From: Alphaproteobacteria bacterium | GTDB lineage: Bacteria; Pseudomonadota; Alphaproteobacteria; MPNO01; UBA830 | Reading direction: 5' to 3' | Length of the DNA stretch: 64,000 bases | NCBI GenBank assembly: GCA_965243135.1 | Contig: OZ251539.1 | Coordinates: 1,088,001 to 1,152,000 of the forward strand | In this document: piece after piece, positions 59,095-64,000 of the stretch | Position numbering within the stretch: the stretch's first letter is position 1 | Layout of the letters: each line of letters begins with the position of its first letter | The notes under the pieces: generated by a model | What the model saw: only the letters and a program-made list of their open reading frames with translations | The model's database searches: none | What the model was told of the DNA's origin: nothing | Translations under genes and position numbers: made by a program

Positions 59095-60291
59095 TTGTTA
59101 GACTTGGACCGGGTTCCGGCGACCCCGGGGGGTGCCCGACCCGACGACTCCCCGGCGGTGGACGCGCGCGGCGCGGCCAGGTTCCATGACCTGGACGTAC
59201 TCCGGGCCTCCGCCATGTTCCTGGGCGTATTGCTGCACGGCACCTTCTTTCTCCTGCCCTCCAAATGCTGGCCGGTGCAGCTCGAATATGCGGACACGAC
59301 CGCTATCGTCGCCAATCCGTACGGCTACGCCCTCCTGTTCATTCATGGGTTCCGGATGCCGGTGTTCTTCATGCTCAGCGGCTTTTTCACCGCAATGTTG
59401 TGGCAGCGACGGGGGCTGCAAGCGTTGGGCCGGCACCGCCTCAAGCGGATCGGTCTGCCGCTGCTGGCGTGCATGCTCACCATTATCCCGATCACCCATT
59501 GGATCATCACCTTCGCCGCCGGCCATACCGGAAAGGAACTCGCCGGCTGGTGCACTGCGGTGACCTGGCCGCCGCTGGCCTGGATGGGCGGTTTCTACCA
59601 CCTCTGGTTCCTCTGGTACTTGCTGCTGATGGCGGCGGCGTTCATCGTCATCGCCGGGCTGGGGGCGCGGTTCCGCCATGCCCTGTGGTGGCTGGCCGTT
59701 CCGCTGACCATGGCGCCCCAGTATTTCATGCGGAGCATCTTCGGCGCCGACAATCCCACCGAGGTGCTGCCCGAACCCTTCGTGTTCGCGTATTACGGCA
59801 CCTTCTTCCTGTTCGGGGTCTTCTTCTACCAGCGCAACATACAGGTGCGCCGGTGGTGGACCGTCGCGGTGCTGCCGGCGCTGTTGGTTTTCCCGCCGGG
59901 CGTGGCCTTCTCTTACCCCGAAGCCTTCGGTCTGGATGCGGCGGCAGTATGGGTGAACGGCGCGTCGGCGGCGTTGCAGGCCGCTTTTTCCTGGCTGATG
60001 TGCTTCGGTCTGATGGGGCTGTTCCGTTGGGTCGCGTCGCAGGAGCGGTTCTGGATGCGTTACATGTCCGATGCCTCCTATTGGATCTATCTGGGGCATG
60101 TCCCCCTGATCATCGCCGGGCAGTTGCTGATCGCGGACTGGCCCATCAGCGCGCACCTGAAGTATCTGATCGTCTGCCTGAGCGTCCCCGCCTTCCTGCT
60201 GCTGGTTTACCAGTACGGGGTCCGTTATACCGTCATCGGAACCATGCTGAACGGACCGCGCCGCCGCGTCCGCCCGGAAGCGCCGTGTTGA
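59095..60291 (+). CDS. Acyltransferase_3 (MdoC/OpgC-like) membrane protein
   Basis: LDVLRA, HGFRMPVFF..SGFF, HLWFLWYL, SYWIYL.H; start uncertain. Confidence 0.88.
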   Translation: MLDLDRVPATPGGARPDDSPAVDARGAARFHDLDVLRASAMFLGVLLHGTFFLLPSKCWPVQLEYADTTAIVANPYGYALLFIHGFRMPVFFMLSGFFTAMLWQRRGLQALGRHRLKRIGLPLLACMLTIIPITHWIITFAAGHTGKELAGWCTAVTWPPLAWMGGFYHLWFLWYLLLMAAAFIVIAGLGARFRHALWWLAVPLTMAPQYFMRSIFGADNPTEVLPEPFVFAYYGTFFLFGVFFYQRNIQVRRWWTVAVLPALLVFPPGVAFSYPEAFGLDAAAVWVNGASAALQAAFSWLMCFGLMGLFRWVASQERFWMRYMSDASYWIYLGHVPLIIAGQLLIADWPISAHLKYLIVCLSVPAFLLLVYQYGVRYTVIGTMLNGPRRRVRPEAPC

Positions 60292-61331
60292 CGTCGGCGG
60301 CCTCGTCCATTCCGCCGGTGTTCGTGCTGGGCTCCGGACGGTGCGGTTCGACAATGGTGTCGGACATCCTCAACCGCCATCCGCGCGTTCTCAGCCTGTC
60401 AGAGTTCTTCAGCAGCGTCGGGATGGGATCCTTCCGCTTCCGCCGGGTCACCGGCCGCCGGATGTGGGATTCGTACAGTCGGCAGTCCGCCCGCAGCCGG
60501 CTGCTCCTGCGGGGAGAATCCGACGAGGTGCTCTATCCGTTGGACGACCCGGGCGCCCGCTTCAGCCGACACGACGTGCCGCCCATCATGGGGGTCGCGC
60601 TGCCGCATCTCGGCGACAGGGTGGGGACGTTGTTCGATGAGCTGGAGCCGGTGGTCCTTAGCCAGCCCAAGCAGCCGCCCGCCGCCCACTTCCGGTACCT
60701 GTTCGAGTGGCTGTGCCGACGCCTGGACCGGAGCGTGTGGGTTGAACGCTCCGGGGGGTCGCTGATGTTCGGCTACCGGCTGGTGGACGAGTTTCCCGAC
60801 GCGCGGGTTATCCACGTCTACCGCGACGGGCGGGATACGGCCATCTCCATGAGCCGCCATTACGTCTTCCGCACCGTGGTGGCCACCATCGTGGCGCTCC
60901 GGCGCTGGGGCGTCGACGTCAACGCCTCGATGGTCCGGGGCAGGCGCTGGGACAACGCCGGCCTGTGGCTGGAGGCGCTGACCAGCAAGTTCTTCAACCC
61001 CGACCGGCTGCCTTACGACCGGCTCACCCTGTCGGACTTCGCGGCGTTCTGGAGCGCGATGATCGAGCGGGCCCACCGGATGTTCGGCGATTTCCCGTCC
61101 GAGCGCCTGCTGAACGTCCGCTTCGAAGAGGTGCTGGCCGATCCCGAAGCCCAGACGAGACGCATCATCCGGTTCATTTCCCCCGGCCTGGAAGACGAGG
61201 CATGGGTGCGCGAAGCGGCCCGGATCCCGCGGCCCGCGCGGTCCCGCTTCAAGCAACTGGGGGCCGAAGAACTGGCGCTGCTGACCAAGGGATGCCGCCC
61301 CGGGCTGGAACGTCTCGGCTACCCGCTCTGA
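60285..61331 (+). CDS. PAPS-dependent sulfotransferase
   Basis: VLGSGRCGST, FPDARVIHVYRDGRD..IS, VRFEE. Confidence 0.88.
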   Translation: MLTSAASSIPPVFVLGSGRCGSTMVSDILNRHPRVLSLSEFFSSVGMGSFRFRRVTGRRMWDSYSRQSARSRLLLRGESDEVLYPLDDPGARFSRHDVPPIMGVALPHLGDRVGTLFDELEPVVLSQPKQPPAAHFRYLFEWLCRRLDRSVWVERSGGSLMFGYRLVDEFPDARVIHVYRDGRDTAISMSRHYVFRTVVATIVALRRWGVDVNASMVRGRRWDNAGLWLEALTSKFFNPDRLPYDRLTLSDFAAFWSAMIERAHRMFGDFPSERLLNVRFEEVLADPEAQTRRIIRFISPGLEDEAWVREAARIPRPARSRFKQLGAEELALLTKGCRPGLERLGYPL

Positions 61332-61339
61332 CGAACGCG

Positions 61340-61500
61340 CCCCTTCAAGTTTGACGTGCGATATTCCGGATGTGGTGGCTGACCGGCCGTTTGCATGTTG
61401 CGGAAAGGTCAGGCGATGCGATTAATCTCTGTGAGTTCAAAAACGGAGATTGGGCCAACGCCTACCATCACCTGACCCGCGACGAACGTTGCCAGATTGA
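61340..61500 (+). mobile_element. IS30-family left end and transposase N-terminal remnant
   Basis: TTCAAGTTTGACGTGCGA resembles an IS30 inverted repeat; peptide YHHLTRDERCQI resembles the start of the IS30 HTH. Confidence 0.55.
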
Positions 61501-61677
61501 CATTCCGCTATCAACTCCGTGTCGAACGCGCTCGCCTCCTGCGAGCGGGCAAGATTTTCGCGGAGCGACAGGTTCGCTCGCCCTCGCGCTTTTCCCCGCC
61601 GCCCGACCGTACCGCCGCGGAAACTGCCGGCTGCTTGTCGCGCGGCGCGGCGCGGGACAGCCGCCACCGCCGACTTC

Positions 61678-61706
61678 TTGACGGCTCCGGCGCGGCGGCC
61701 TACTCT
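61678..61706 (+). promoter_or_regulatory. sigma70-like promoter of paralog 3 (probably leaderless)
   Basis: TTGACG-N17-TACTCT-N6-ATG(61713). Confidence 0.6.
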
Positions 61707-61712
61707 CGTCGA

Positions 61713-64000
<2,288 letters not shown>

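Overview
High-GC bacterial chromosomal DNA. The conserved block slt-dapA-smpB-udg-NYN-folK-rpoZ-spoT-pdxJ-acpS-lepB-rnc-era (about 45.8-57.5 kb) points to an alphaproteobacterium. The rest is accessory DNA: catabolic genes for aromatics or heterocycles, defence-like ATPases and nucleases, and decayed mobile DNA. Main observations: (1) three dispersed, mosaic paralogs of an AAA-ATPase/PD-(D/E)XK nuclease gene, each with a sigma70-like promoter 6 nt before a leaderless ATG; (2) an ORF-less 868-nt group II intron in the third paralog, whose EBS1 pairs with a site in the conserved FQTGYLT motif and whose removal restores the frame; an empty identical target sits in paralog 2; (3) an 11 x 22-bp indel-free repeat array directly upstream of an AAA_14/DUF4143 ATPase-nuclease; (4) a hollowed-out BREX locus where only fragments of brxA, brxC, pglZ and brxL remain around three intact cargo genes; (5) an rpn gene with an internal RBS/ATG plus scattered rpn fragments, a tandem tRNA-Gly(CCC) pair, and an archaeal-type riboflavin kinase domain. 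All family assignments come from motif recognition by eye. No database searches were run.
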